A stretch of DNA of 61,208 bases, counting the filler, from Basidiobolus ranarum (taxonomy: Eukaryota): assembly GCA_040143965.1 (NCBI GenBank). It is 6 parts of 6 records of this genome, joined end to end, with 100 filler letters (N's around TTAATTAATTAA, not from the genome) between each part and the next. Parts side by side here need not be neighbours in the genome. Positions count along the whole stretch, not along the records: positions 1 to 10,134 come from JASJQH010007611.1; positions 10,235 to 20,366 come from JASJQH010007612.1; 4 more parts are not named here. The stretch is one strand, 5' to 3'. The translations under genes and the position numbers were made by a program. Below are positions 1-13,458 of this stretch, one piece after another (within the stretch, counting starts at the first letter, position 1; every line of letters starts with the position of its first letter). The notes under the pieces were generated by a model. It was not told the origin of the DNA. It did no database searches and saw only the letters and a list, made by a program, of their open reading frames with translations.

Positions 1-335
1 ATTTTGGTAGAGAATGAGGTATGATAGGCTTTTAGGTATAAAATTACATGGCTGCATACTAAGGAGATAAAGGCGGTAGAATGATACTGCACAGTTAAGG
101 AAAGGCAGTCTTTGTTCATTCTCAATTCAAGCACAACCTCCAATATACAGTTGATGAGCCTGACTATCGCTTGAATGAAATTCAGTTTGTAAACAAGAGC
201 ATTCTCCTTTAGCACTATTCGCGTCGCAGTGTAAGCACAATCCAGGGCAATGGGTACAGAGAGACCAACGATCACGAAAGTGGTACTTGCTTGAAAGAGT
301 GCCTGATCAATGTCTTGGGTGGTTGAAATCGCCAT
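1..335 (-). CDS. Partial (3'-truncated at window edge) hydrophobic membrane protein, MAISTTQDIDQALFQASTTFVIVGLSVPIALDCAY...LVYKLNFIQAIVRLINCILEVV...HVILYLKAYHTSFSTK
   Basis: Manual translation: ATG at 335, open for 111 codons to the edge, about three hydrophobic stretches; TATA-like TATATA at ~384-391. Absent from the ORF track because it has no stop. Confidence 0.6.
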   Translation of the reverse strand, partial: MAISTTQDIDQALFQASTTFVIVGLSVPIALDCAYTATRIVLKENALVYKLNFIQAIVRLINCILEVVLELRMNKDCLSLTVQYHSTAFISLVCSHVILYLKAYHTSFSTK

Positions 336-3300
336 TCAAAGGAAATTTAAACTTGGATCATTCATTCCATTGAAATGCCGGGCTATATATAGTCTTCGAT
401 GAGTGGTATCGAGGTTGACAAAGCATCAGGAGTCTTTGTGCTATCCCAGTGGGGGTGTGAGAATGGGTTTTTTGTTAGGACATACTGCTCTTAGTATTTC
501 TTAATATGTAAACCTGACCCATGGCTTTCTAGATATTTAATACTGGATTAGCCATGGTACAATCTGAATGAATCGATTCAAATCTATGATCAAAACGGTT
601 CATCTGTAAACTCAATACTGGCTAACGAGAGGATCAACCATTTCCTCCCTGGCTATGGGGTAGGAAGAGTTCTGGAATATTTCGTGACCACCCACCAATT
701 CGAATCGGATGAAAGCCTGTTTGGTTTATACTTACAAATGATACATAATGACGTACAGCACTGTAAATTCAATGAGTTGAGGGTCCTCTTGCAGTACTAT
801 TGAAGCAAGGCAGATGTGGCATTTGGTGTGTGTGTAAATTGGTCAATTTAGGGTCAGGATAGACCAGTTTTGCACTGCTTCATTACGGAGTCGCTGACAA
901 ACCATTGCTTGCTAGAACCTAGAATGGGGTTTCTGTTTTCCCTATATCACTGGGAAGCATCGGGTATGTAGACATGACGAAAGCACCAAAATGTAGTGAC
1001 TTACTCCTAGTACACAATCTCATGTTACGTACTTAGGCTAAAGAAGTGGGCTAAATCTGTCTACCATCAAAACATGTGCAGTGTACAGTGACCATGACTA
1101 CAATATGTTCGTCGAGCAAAGGATTAGAGGAAGTCAAGCTTCAGACAAAACATCAAAAACCTGCATCCTGTTGATGACTGGTTGCTTACAGCGATTCTCC
1201 ATCTATAGATTTAAAAGGAAAAATCCACCCAACAATAAATTTACCTTTGATTGAATCACTTATCTCAGATTGCGATAGTTTCGCATGCTTCTCGAAACCT
1301 TGACTAATTGGGAAGACATCCACGTAAAACTCAGATCCATGAGCTGAGGATGTATCATTTCAGTCCTGATGGTAACACTTTAATAAACAAAATTTCCGAA
1401 AGTATTCAGTGAAATTTTGTGAACTATCGCTGTAACAAAGTCAATAGGTGCCGAAGTAGATGCACAGTCTGTGTTCATTAACACTGGCCATAGCTTACGA
1501 ACATGGATCTGTAGTTGCCGGAATGTACATGTAATCTCAGCTCAGCGCTCGTACTACTGACTGGTGATTTCATCAGTGTAGTCATATAATGAGCAGGATT
1601 CTAGGTAAGAATGGTGTTTCCAAGTTGATATGCTCTTGGTGGGTTGACTACTTGGGAAGCATTTCTTGATTATAAACACTAGAGCCGTCGAAAATGGAGA
1701 TGCATCAGGAAACATTATGGCTACCATGAAGATGATGAAGTTTACCAGTTCGTGTTTTGTTTTTCGCTGGGCCAGTTGCTAGATTGTAGTGTGGTCAACC
1801 TGTGCGTGGGATGTATACTCAGTTGGTGATTTTCTTATCACTGAATGCCTCCGCCTGTTTTTTTAGGCCGAGTTTAGCCACTTGATAATATTGGTTTTAC
1901 AATTAAATAACATTTTTGCTAATCTATATTACTAATTAAGAGGTGATATCGGTCTTCCTGACTATGTATAATATGGTGTGGATAATCAGTAGACTGCGAA
2001 GCTGACCTATTAGGGCTAGTGGAGAAACAGTACAATTCTCACCCTACCTGTACGAGGATTCCTGCTATTAATAGGTGGCACTGAAAAATAGATTTTCTAT
2101 TGAACTGCCTATAACCAAACGCGAACGAACCTATTTGCAAGGAACCATGCACAATCGCGGTACATTTGTATGAATAAAGGACTTTCCCCATCAGAATCCG
2201 TAATAGCTAAATATGATGAGTAATGGGCTACTCTAATAGATAGAACTTTGCACAATCCAAGTATCTTACACAGTTGATAATCCAAATTCAAATTGGTTCT
2301 TAACAGGTGGTAGCTCAAATACATGTTGTATCTAAAACCGTTACATTGCTGCCAACTTTTCTATTTCCATCAACGGTGATTAGGATCAGCCAGCACTTCT
2401 TTCAGTCAACATAGTTGTGGTTACACTTGTTTCCTGTATTTGAGTGAGAATTGGCACTAGCATTGCTCTGTTATCTCCCCCATGATAAGGGTTAGCCATG
2501 CTTGATGAGGGTTAGTGGTTAGTCTAAGGAAAATTATATTCAAGGTAATGAGCAGATATACATATGTCACATCACATAGCATATAGTCAGAGATGCCAGC
2601 ATTTCTAGTGAGCTTCACAAGCAAACCTACTTTCATAATAATCTTTATGCTGTCCATAGCCATTTGTAATACCTGGAATCCATACTACTGACTTATGTCT
2701 TCATCATACATGGCTGGCTAGCAAATACCCAAAAATGGTTTCCCATTTCACCTCCTACAGAACCTTGCAATTGGAGTGGTTGCAAGTGTTTGGATTGCGA
2801 AAAGGCATACTAGGGCCCTTGTTTAGGAGCTGAAGCCAGTTAGGCAAACCCTCCCTTACGCATATAACACTCTAAATAAATAAACATTATAACTCATAGT
2901 GTGTTTCTCGTGATATACTGTGAAGGTGGAAGGATGCTCCAAATACACGAATCAATCCGGGCATGTGTTCACATATGAAACTGAAGCACACCAGCATGTC
3001 TCATTTTTGATTTAATTTGTGCGCTGTTTCATTGCCAACAACTTCATGGCCCACTTGAAACAGTCTCAACACTGGTTCCAGACAGCTTGACCCTTCTATT
3101 TGTTACAAAAATTCCTGTATGTGTCTTGGCAGGAAATTGAAACTATTTGGATACGTATGGGTTTGATTGAAACGTGACAAACATGGCAAGTCCTGCATTT
3201 AGGTATTCCATCCACTCAAACCAGTTCCCATTTTCTGATGAAAGTTGTTCAGAACATCGGAAAACTGAGAAACACATCCATCATGTTCTACCCATCCAGT

Positions 3301-3898
3301 CTTGAGCTAAATATCATTGCCCGATATTGAAACAGTATTGTGAGAAGGTGTTTTTGGCTAAATTGCTGTATGATTCAGACGATCGCGTTCCGTAAAGAAC
3401 ATGCATCAGTAGTGAGCTTGTAATACAGTTTGATTCAAACTCCCTGGCATAGGTGACAATCTTAGAGATGCGATTTCCATACGAAGAGGATGATTGTCAT
3501 TCCAATTTGAGCCCTCAGAGGCCTTCACTGGCGATGCATGTGTGTCTTACCTAACCCTAAATATACTACAATCAATAGTATACTTCATAGTTTGGAAATT
3601 GGCCTCGATATTTACTGTAAGTTCAGTTGGGTTTCCGCGATAGTTGCGATCTTAACCAATTTGGGACATAAGAGCATATTTTCGTACTTGGTAGATTGGA
3701 ATTCATATAAAACTAAATAGTGTGACATTCTGAATTTATTCATTCTGGCCTAGCCTTGTGAGCTTAGCTTTACTTCGACGGTAGAGTGACCTTATGTTTC
3801 GATGTTTGGTGTGAATATTGCCACTCAGACTTTTTTTTAGTAGCTGTAGAGAAAGATCAAGCCTTTACCCTCGTAAAAAACGTATCCAAGGAATTCCA

Positions 3899-6708
3899 AT
3901 GGAGGGGGATAAATCCCATCCAGCGTATTTCTCTTCCGGAAACTCTTTCCTAAACCCACAGACTTTAGCCTACACCTCGGAGAGAGAAGCTGAACAAGAA
4001 TATTATGGTATCAGGCCAGTACGCCCTCAGAGCGAATATCTGAGGAAACTGGATGCTGGGTACTCCACAGAGATTGAGCCTCGTCGGTATCAGAAAGGTA
4101 CTATGAAATCGACTGATGCGTTCACGACATAGAATAACGAAACGGTTAATAACTTTTTAGAGACAATTACACCAGACAGAAGCAACCATCGTTACCCAGA
4201 GCTGCAAAGATTAAGCTCCCGAGCTGTTAGTGTGTACAATAGCTTTGTATATTGTTTAAAGCTCATCTTTTCCCCAATAGGATAGTCATCCATCACGGAT
4301 GATGGGCTTTCCTACGCCCATTTCGCCTGCTTCTCCATCAGACCAGGTAATCATGTCACATAGGCGATTTTCTGTTCGAGAGTGCAGTGCAGCTCCTAGT
4401 CCAATAGAGCCACCAAAACTTGCAATCAGAAGCCGGCTAGGCCAAGACAAACCACTCTCTTGGGATGCTTTGAACTATGACGAAAGTGTTAGAAGAAGTT
4501 TATTAAGCCCTGAAAATACCCCGACCAGAGGTTTCGGTCCTTGCGACTACGCCAAAAATATATAGCTACAGAGCTCCGACCTTGTGGGCATAAGTGAAAA
4601 ATATCGATACGATTGAAATCTGATTGGAAGATCCTCACACATGTATATATTAATTTTTAGGAGCTGCCTTCAGTGTTGGAATTTGTATGATTTGCATCTC
4701 TCTGCCAACTGCAAGATATGTCGCCAGGTAAACTGATAATGCCATATTTGTTGTGCTAGAATTTTAACAATTCCTAGTCTCAATCGCTGGCCTCGACTCC
4801 AACGATTTCTCGCTCGTATGGTACAATTGTATCAGAAGTTTCAGAATCTCCAAAATCGGACGTCTATGAGCCTCAAACAACAACCAAGAACTTTCCAGTG
4901 GTAAGAATAAACAACGTAAGAATTGCACTTGAAAAGAACTTCCTTTTCACAGCCTGTAGTCTAATCCATGGTTCAACTTTAGATCCCTTGGGATGTGTCT
5001 CAAAACGATATCAAATCTTTTCTGCAGCCATATGAGGTGAGATTTTGATATCAATATAATGACCACTAGCATCTAACTTCGTTACTTAGATCCCAGCTGA
5101 GAAAGTCCTTGCCCAAGCAATACATATCATCATGGATCGGTATACAATTAATGAGTATCCAATTAAGAACATTGGATAGAAATTAACTACAACAGCGTCT
5201 CAGATCTACTGGGAAAACTTTAAGTTATGCTTTTATAGAGACCCATAACATTCAAGATGCGTTGGAGATAATCCAGTCGAGAAATCTCAAAGTTCTTAAA
5301 GGGAGAATTGTGAGTGTATCCGAATCTTCTCAAGAAGAGCTTATGCGAGCCATATTTCCTAGCTGGAAAGGCTCATTTGTAGGTAGTAACGTGGTGGCTC
5401 CTCAAGATGCCTCCCGTGAAAGAAACACACAACCTTCGATGCTGTTATCTCGAGATGAAATAAACTCTATCTTGATGATTTGCAAAAATTACAAGGTGGG
5501 TGTCCAACTGTCTTGTATACTTGTGACTAGATTAGCAAATATTCTCTTTTAGCTACACTTCTCAAGAAAATGTGCCGAGAGACCTTTCGAGAATGGTATG
5601 AATACAAAACACTGCGACTCCAGATATGTAAGACTCTAACAGTTGCCATCAGTGATCAGTATTTTGGCGAAGTGTCCATGGCATCAACAAAATATTATTA
5701 CAACTCTTCATCGAGATCATATATTTGAAATGCTTAAGCGTAAGTGTAAAACTGTACAATGCCCAACCAGTATGGCGTTTTCTTACATCTCAAATTTAGT
5801 GGCAATAGAGTCGTTAAAGAGTCATTTCACCAAGGAATATGTATGAGTTCTTTTGATAGTAATTAGAAGTATTTAATTTACCATAAATTTACTGGAAGTC
5901 CATATATATGATATTTAGCATAATATCGACGAAACGCTTTTGTTGAGGATGGTAAGAGGTATCGATTCAATTCTTACCGGCAACTCTTTCTAACTAAGAC
6001 TAGGTTCGAGCAGGATTAATGGTTCCAAATTTTACAGAAAAGCAAAAATTGGTTCTTTTAACCACAAGCGTATGGAGTCTCAACATTAAAGTCAATCAAT
6101 TGCTCTTTTGAGACTCACATCAATAGAATTTAGAAGCTAAAATGCCCCGACGATTTCAGTTATTGTTTCACCACAACACCTTCCATTACCACAGATGTAC
6201 TATCAGAAGGTGCTCTATATAGCATGGTATACTTAGTGGTCAAGTATTGATATTAAAACCGTGGTTCATGTATTAGCATCACCCAGTAAGAGGTATCCCA
6301 CAGTGAAATCACATGGCATCATGGAGAGCCCTCCAAGAAATACAAAACCCATTTCCAATCGACAAGCCCTACCTTCGGAAACCTCCATTTTTTACCAAAA
6401 CCAATTAGGAAACCTCGAAAATCAAAGTAAGCAGATGTTTATTTTATCAGACAAAACTATATCTAAGTACGGCCCTATAGTAATTGAGGCAGAAAAGAGA
6501 ATCCAAGAATTAACTCAAGAAAATATGAAGCAAAACATACTCATTATGGAAAATGAAGATCTAAGGAAAGAGCTCAAAGGGGCTCAAGAAGAAAACTCAG
6601 CCTTACATCAACGTATTGAGCAATTGGAAAGGTAAGTTTTTTAAGTATTTCCTGATTCAAACCATTGATATTCACATCTTTTTCAGAACTTTGAAGCAAG
6701 TTTTATGA
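3899..6708 (+). CDS. Multi-exon RRM-domain RNA-binding protein of an uncharacterised fungal family, with C-terminal coiled coil
   Basis: Exons joined over GT-AG introns give FPVVRINN|IPWDVSQNDIKSFL...IHIIMDR|STGKTLSYAFIE...GRIVSVSESSQEELMRAIFP (RRM), then FSRKCAERPFEN...ILAKCPW, and a heptad-rich tail (EKRIQELTQEN...RIEQLER|TLKQVL*). Internal exons are approximate. Confidence 0.75.
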
Positions 6709-7314
6709 TCTAGCTTGAGGTTCTAGTTACAACCTGAGTTCATTGGCTCCTTTTAGCATGCATTAAGCAATAGAATTCTCTATCATACTACTTGTAGAAA
6801 TCTCGACAAGTTGCTCTGTAGCTAGATGACTCTATTTTTATCTAACCCTGCCTGGTATATTGCCCAGTATATTGTTGTATATGAATGGCTAACTTGAATT
6901 TTGATGTAACAATTTGATCGATTAAATCATGGATTCTGAGCTCAGCAAGTAAGTAAGCAGTTGGCCGTAAACTTAATGGCAACTATATACAAGCATTGAC
7001 AGAAGCGGCATTTCTTGAAAGTATCGCACCATAAGCAACTTGTCAATTGAGCTCTATTTCATTATCATGCATACCTTCTTTAGGATTGTTAAATTAAGCA
7101 AATCGGTAGATGGATGTTGTATGGTATTCCCATTATGGAACTTACCAAATAGATATTGATTTGAAATGAAAGCTAGCTCGGAGCAAGGTTATTAAAATGG
7201 CAAAACGGAGAAATATAGACAGTTTAGGAGATAACGGAAGGAACAGTTCTAGGCAAGATACTAGGCTCAACTTAGATCTGCGCTTTACAGTTCCTTTAAA
7301 AGTAGCTTTGCTGG

Positions 7315-7758
7315 ATGACCTACTCGTTAAAATTATACTCACCCATGTATCCATCCGCTAGCAACCATGAAAGCTCCTGCAGCTCCAACTTCTCATCTGT
7401 TAACTCCAGTCATCAAGATCGAAAACATCTGCTATCTCCGCAGGGGAAGGAGCTTATCCGATGGAGCTGGCCTTGGTGGAAAGAATATGCTGTAATCATG
7501 ACGGTATTTTCCATAACCGGCTCCAGTACGATGAGGCTGGTTCGTTTAGGTCTAAAGAATTTGCTTGGCATAGAAGGAACTCTTAGAGATGGGCCTTGGA
7601 CTTTCCGGGGAGCCTACTTAGCTACGTCCCTCCCTCTCTATTCTTGTATATTAATTACTGTTGGTACACTATTTGGAAGACGTTTGTATTTCCAGCGAGT
7701 TGCTCTACGTATGTGGAGCAGATTTATACCCAAGAAATATCGTTCGTTATCCCAGTGA
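7315..7758 (+). CDS. Intronless small membrane protein, DUF6787-like
   Basis: 147-aa ORF with VFSITGSST and LPLYSCILITVGTLFGRRLYF...RMWSRF, resembling from memory the VFAITGSS / P-Y--LL---G--FGQ--FF pattern of DUF6787. Confidence 0.65.
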   Translation: MTYSLKLYSPMYPSASNHESSCSSNFSSVNSSHQDRKHLLSPQGKELIRWSWPWWKEYAVIMTVFSITGSSTMRLVRLGLKNLLGIEGTLRDGPWTFRGAYLATSLPLYSCILITVGTLFGRRLYFQRVALRMWSRFIPKKYRSLSQ

Positions 7759-10134
7759 AACTACCTCGAATCGAAGCATTGCCCTTTGCCTGCATGTAGA
7801 TACTCCAAATAATTTATTACCATAAATACAAGCCTGTTTTCTTTTGACCACCTCATCCTAATATCGACTCTATTTGTCGAATGTGTCTGGGAGTAAATTC
7901 GTTAATCCCATTGTCGGGATGTTTTTCAATTAAAACTCTCAAATATTCAGCAATCTCATTGATTATTTGATTGTATTGGAAACTGGGAAGGTTTTTAAGT
8001 GGAAAATTAGTTGCTAGTGGTAAATGTATGTTATTTACATCGTGCACTAATTTCAAGTTGCATTATTTCATTATGCATCTCAATCTTTGGTAACTGTTAC
8101 GCAACATTGTTGTAACTATTATCCATACAAACGATCCGTCAATGAGTACGGAAGCTAGAAATTGTAATATATGTGCACTTTATTTTGTACAAAATTTCCA
8201 TTCAATACGATTTCCGTCATACCACTCAACAGTCAGCAAACACTTGGTTCCTGGCATATTGACTTTATATTGGAGCAGCCTAGATAATCTCAAACTTGAT
8301 TTTTTGCAAGAAACAAGACAACCACCTACTCCTGGTATAGTTTCATCACAGAGGCTAGAGGATGGCGTGGGTTGATTGGTATTCTAAATCGCCACCACGA
8401 AGTAATGATTTTCGTAGCTAAAAGAAAAAGGGAACAATATTCCACAACTCGAATAATCAAATCTCGTACCCAAACGCACCCACCCATAGATAAATTGATT
8501 TGTTGGCTGGCTTGAAGTTAGTAATGACAAATAGCAACTATATGTAATGACTCGGTCAATGCGCTCTGTCAAACTTTTTGATTGCTTTCTGAAACTAGAC
8601 AGGAGTCAGCGTAAAACATCAATCTGTCTCACTTCACACAAACCCTGAACACTAACCAACGATCGAGTTTTGGAGTCACTTTGACTTGGCGATATGTAGC
8701 AGAAGGATCAAGTTAGGCCGCGAATGATTGAATACGCACCCCAATAGATCCTATAGAGATTAAACTAGTATGGAGCCATCATAAGAACTCTCCTACACCG
8801 TATCCATATACCTCTTAAACACCTATTTTTCACCAGAGGAGAAATTACTAGGTGGATCGTTCCAGCTTTAAACAATGAGCTTATTCAGCTATCTAAATCT
8901 AATGAAAAACACTCGAACGACACAATTACTCCTCGTAACTCATTAAACGACACCCAACCAAGTCACCCTTGACGCCTTATTAGTGTTCATTTCAAACCAG
9001 ATGGATGGATCCGTGGGTTGGGAACAGTGTTCATCAGGTTACGTCATAAGCTTGATACAAAATCATTGAAAAAGTGCATGTAATCGTAGAGTGAGACAGC
9101 AATTTCAATCCTGCATGTCAAATATATGGTACTGTATAAATGAATGCTTATTAAATCGAGTATTACATAATCAGAGCGATAGAACAAATACTTGGATTCT
9201 GAGGATTACAGCCAGAAATTTCCTCATCAATCACCTCGGCAGCATAAAGAACTTCAGAGTAGCTCTACCGTTCCAAATTGTGGTAGACATGTACCTCGCT
9301 TGTGAACAGCCCAGTACACCATACTCTGGGATGAGATGGAAAAAATCTACATTCAATCAACACATTTCAGAAATGATTTCTGCCTACACAGTGTGGCGTA
9401 GATAATGATTCTATTTGAGGGAGCTGAAAATCATGTAGGGGCCAGGTTGATATGTTAAAATAGGGGATATCTTCAGTGTTGATCAGTGTGTATCCGCAAG
9501 TCTAAAACCGAGTAACACAAAAAATGAAATAGGAATTAGTGTACCAGCAAATCCAATGTCCAGGTTCGATTCAATGAGTCTTGTAAGAAGTAATACTCAG
9601 CTTCAGCCTGAATGTTGTCGGTTTAAAGAAGCCTCACAAGAGCAACTTATTTGAGTGCTAGTTTTCTTCTAATTAGATGGCTATTGATACTATAGAGACA
9701 TACTATTGCTAACAAATTAGGGTGCTGAGTTGTATTTACCAGAAAGTGAAGGACAGTGGGTGAATAAGACACCCTCCAAAGTCAGCTGGTAATATCTGTA
9801 GTTTACCGATTTAAGTTCCACAGCTGGATTATACTGTACCGCCTTGGCAGAATCTCTTAAAGTATCATAAGATTGTCACAAACAATGCTTTACTCCTCGA
9901 TCTGCTAAAACCTCTACAGCATCAAGTGATTTCAAATACTGGGTTAGTTCAAGAGTCAAACCACCGTCACCCAACCAAGATTACCAAGATAGGGGTTGTC
10001 CACCTTTCAGTGAAAGCAGTGCATAGTTTTGCGCCAATCTATCACTAATCACCAAGAAAGCCCTTGAAACTAATGCGGTAATAGCCAGTTGAGTATTTGG
10101 ATCATTATTTGAAGGTGAAGAAATTTTAAGCAAG

Positions 10135-10234
10135 NNNNNNNNNNNNNNNNNNNNNNNNNNNNNNNNNNNNNNNNNNNNTTAATTAATTAANNNNNNNNNN
10201 NNNNNNNNNNNNNNNNNNNNNNNNNNNNNNNNNN
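10135..10234. other. Artificial contig linker N44-TTAATTAATTAA-N44
   Basis: 100-bp spacer with a six-frame stop 12-mer; identical in all five gaps. Confidence 0.98.
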
Positions 10235-10282
10235 ACTTTTTATTGCATACCATATACTAATATAAATTGGATATTATGTTAG

Positions 10283-11607
10283 CTTTGTCGATTTTCATAC
10301 TGTCGCTCAAACCACTAAAATCCCTCCAAGTATCACCTTAACGGCCGGTCGTCGTGTTGGTGCCACTTCCACTGGGTATATTACATTTAAATCTGGCCAG
10401 TTCAATATTGGTTCTTGGGGCCGACAAATCAATCAGATGATGCGTAGAGAGTATTCGTCTTTTGCCATCGGTGTTGCAAATCGTACTGAGAAGAGAGAGT
10501 ATACCGCTGAGCTTCAGGTACAATTGATACAACTCAAATCATCTAATTATCAAGGCAGTCCACTCATGTTAAATTTTAGACGGGACTGTCAGACTCACAT
10601 TTGACATTTGACTACCTCTACACACTCAACCCATCCTCCAAATTGAACGCTGCGCTTATTCTGTCCACTGGAGGACTTAATGTTGTCATTGGTGGAGATA
10701 GTGAAGTTCATCCTCAACATAAGATCGGATTCTCGGTAGAGTCTGGAATTCCTAGTGGAGTGACACTCAAGCTTAGGTTAGTGATTCACACTAAACAGTT
10801 TCAACATATTTGGCATCTGGCATTGCAACTAACAATATACTGTACAATGCAGATACACTCGTCCAAATCAACAAATATTCATTCCGGTATTGATGTCACC
10901 CATACTGAATGTTCGCGTGGCATTGTTTAGTATCTTGGTTCCTCTCACTGCAGGTTATGCCATTGATAAAGTATACCTTGCCCCTAAGAGAAAGAAGGAA
11001 ATTGAGGAGTACGTGTATTAGTGTTGAACGATTACTAAGTTGAATCTCTAAATCATCTTTTTTCAATAGGAAAATCAAGAATCTACGAGAGTATCATGGG
11101 GCCTATCTCTCGGCACGCAAACGAGATGCCTTGAGAGTGGTCAGTTTGTTGGAAAAGACCGCCTTGCAAGTAACCCAAGAAGAAGAGGCGAAGAATGGAC
11201 TGGTCATTGTAAAAGCATTGTACGGAATATTTGACAGCGAGAACCCAGAATCGGTGGCAGATGTCACAGTAGCTCTTCAAGCATTGGTTCACGATTCCCA
11301 ATTAATCATCGCTGGTGGACACTCAAAGGTGAGAGATCAATGTGAGTCCACTTGATTCGTTCCTATAATCTAATAATTTTCATTACCTAGTCCAACATCT
11401 CCGGCTTTTATGATCCTTGCTTTGGATCTCGTAAGCAACTCAAGATTCTCTACAAATTCAATAGAAGAATGCATTCGGTGGTCGTAGCGGATACCAGTCC
11501 ATTAGCCTGCCCATTGAGAGGTAATGTTTGCAAAAGTTTGGAATTTTGTTGAAATTATTCTAACCCCAATCTCCTTGAATTTAGCCCATCTTATCCATGA
11601 TGCTTGA
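10283..11607 (+). CDS. DNAJC11: DnaJ subfamily C member 11 homolog, 3' part (C-terminal DUF3395-type domain); 5'-truncated by contig edge
   Basis: Spliced exons give GLVIVKALYGIFD...VADVTVALQALVHDSQLIIAGGHSK|SNISGFYDPCFGSRKQLKILYKFNRRMHSVVVADTSPLACPLR|AHLIHDA*, the typical DNAJC11 C-terminus. Confidence 0.88.
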
Positions 11608-13458
11608 ACTGGTTTTCTTGTCCCTTTAGACATAGAAAAATGATATCATTCTTTTCGCATTTATCATAAACTCATGGTCCATTCGGTACCCAATCCACTC
11701 CCACTCTCATTCTCTCTCCAATCCCACCAAAATAAAACGAAGACAAAAGTTTCATTACTTTCAAAACTCTGCATATATCCCCAAAAATGAAGAATATCTA
11801 GACTACATTGTTGAATATGAATATATATCGAAAATTCATAGATCAATTTATTTTTACATTCAAGTAATCAATCCAAGGTTCCTTTTTCGTGCTAAAATCA
11901 TCCCTTACAATGGTAAAGCCACCTTGTGTAGGATTTTACAGACAACTCTCAAGGTTAAATCAGAGTAGAGTAGCTCCATAGCGCACACTCATGATCAAGC
12001 TATGAAAAATAGTGAATGATTGCTTTAGTAATGGCTACATTTTCTAAGATCACCTTCAGGTCTCCGAAAACATACCTTAAAATTGACACTAAGCCAGCTG
12101 GCATGAATTTCTTACTTTGAGAGAAACGATAACCCATCAAAGTCAATAAAGAGACTGAAGTAACTATATCATATTGATAAGCAAGAAAAGTAGAAATACC
12201 GTCGGGTTAATATATTCCCATATGATTTACTTGGTCAAGTAAAATAGGCGAACAATGAAAATGGTACTTTACTTAAAGCCCAATAAACATCTTGAGGATT
12301 TTCACTAACTCGAGTAGCGGAATATGCCATAACACCACCAAAAGTTACACCTGAAAGTAAAGAAGCTACACTACCTATCATATTGTAAATGTTAACTTTC
12401 TAACCTAGTCAACACTACACATTAATAAAGGATAAAAATTACCAGCTTTAATGAAGCCAATTAAGCCACCAACTATGATGACTATAGCATAAGCGTAACC
12501 AGCAAAATCTTGGGACATTCTCGGTTTCTGTATGTTGTAAAGTAAGTATTGTTCAAAGTATCGAGTCGACAATTCTATCATTCATTTCGAAATCCCCACT
12601 TTTTCATGATTATAGAATAATGAATTCTAGTATAGAAATGTTGGTGACGTAGAAGTTGATTTTCAATCATGCGAAAGTTAGAGAAACCGGTTCTAATATT
12701 TTATGGTGTTTGACAATGCGACACTATAGTATTCTACGATGCTTTCGTAAAAGAAACGTAACCATAGATCCAAGAATTAAGGTTGATATCACTACAGAAA
12801 TATGACGTTGAATGGATTTTTTCTTTCCATTCCAAAGACTATGTGAATGTTAATTTCTATAAAGTGATAAGGGGATTACCTGGTAGAGTCGATTGTTCGC
12901 CAAGTTGCGGTCTATATTTGAAATATAGCCAAGATTTGCACGACAATCGCCATATATCAGATGATGAAGCAAGCTCATGCTGAGGCCAACAATTTGCTCA
13001 AATTAAGAATCAGTTCCCTATGCTCTTATGCTATATTAGCTATGCTGTAGTTTGTCCTACAAGTCACTACTAAATAAGCCCGATTACTTCATAAAAACCT
13101 CTCTCACCCTCTCTCAACCGATCTTAAACATTTTCTGTTCTACATACAAATCATCATTGAATCACTGCAATCAAATCATTAGTTGATCTCATTTCATTTG
13201 TGTAATGTTGTAATTTACCTATACAAAAAAGGTAAGCCTCAATTAGCCTGTTTATTGCCTGTTTATTGAGGGTGGCTTCGTATTTGTGAATCAAATGAAA
13301 ATGTGTTGACAGGGAATGCGCGATTCGCTGAGTGGTTAACAACATCCGTAACGTCATCATAGAGATGGACAGGCGTAAAGTTGGTTGTATAAAAGACATG
13401 GCCAGCACTTAGTATTCGACTCATTATCTAACCCTCTTAACAGTTTACTATATTCACT

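Noticed and set aside
400-3800. Gene-poor region (also 7900-10134) as mobile-element remnants
   Set aside because: Only short stop-riddled ORFs with no diagnostic motifs.
10179-10190. TTAATTAATTAA palindrome recurring about every 10.2 kb as a biological repeat
   Set aside because: Always centred in 44+44 Ns; a standard artificial six-frame-stop spacer.
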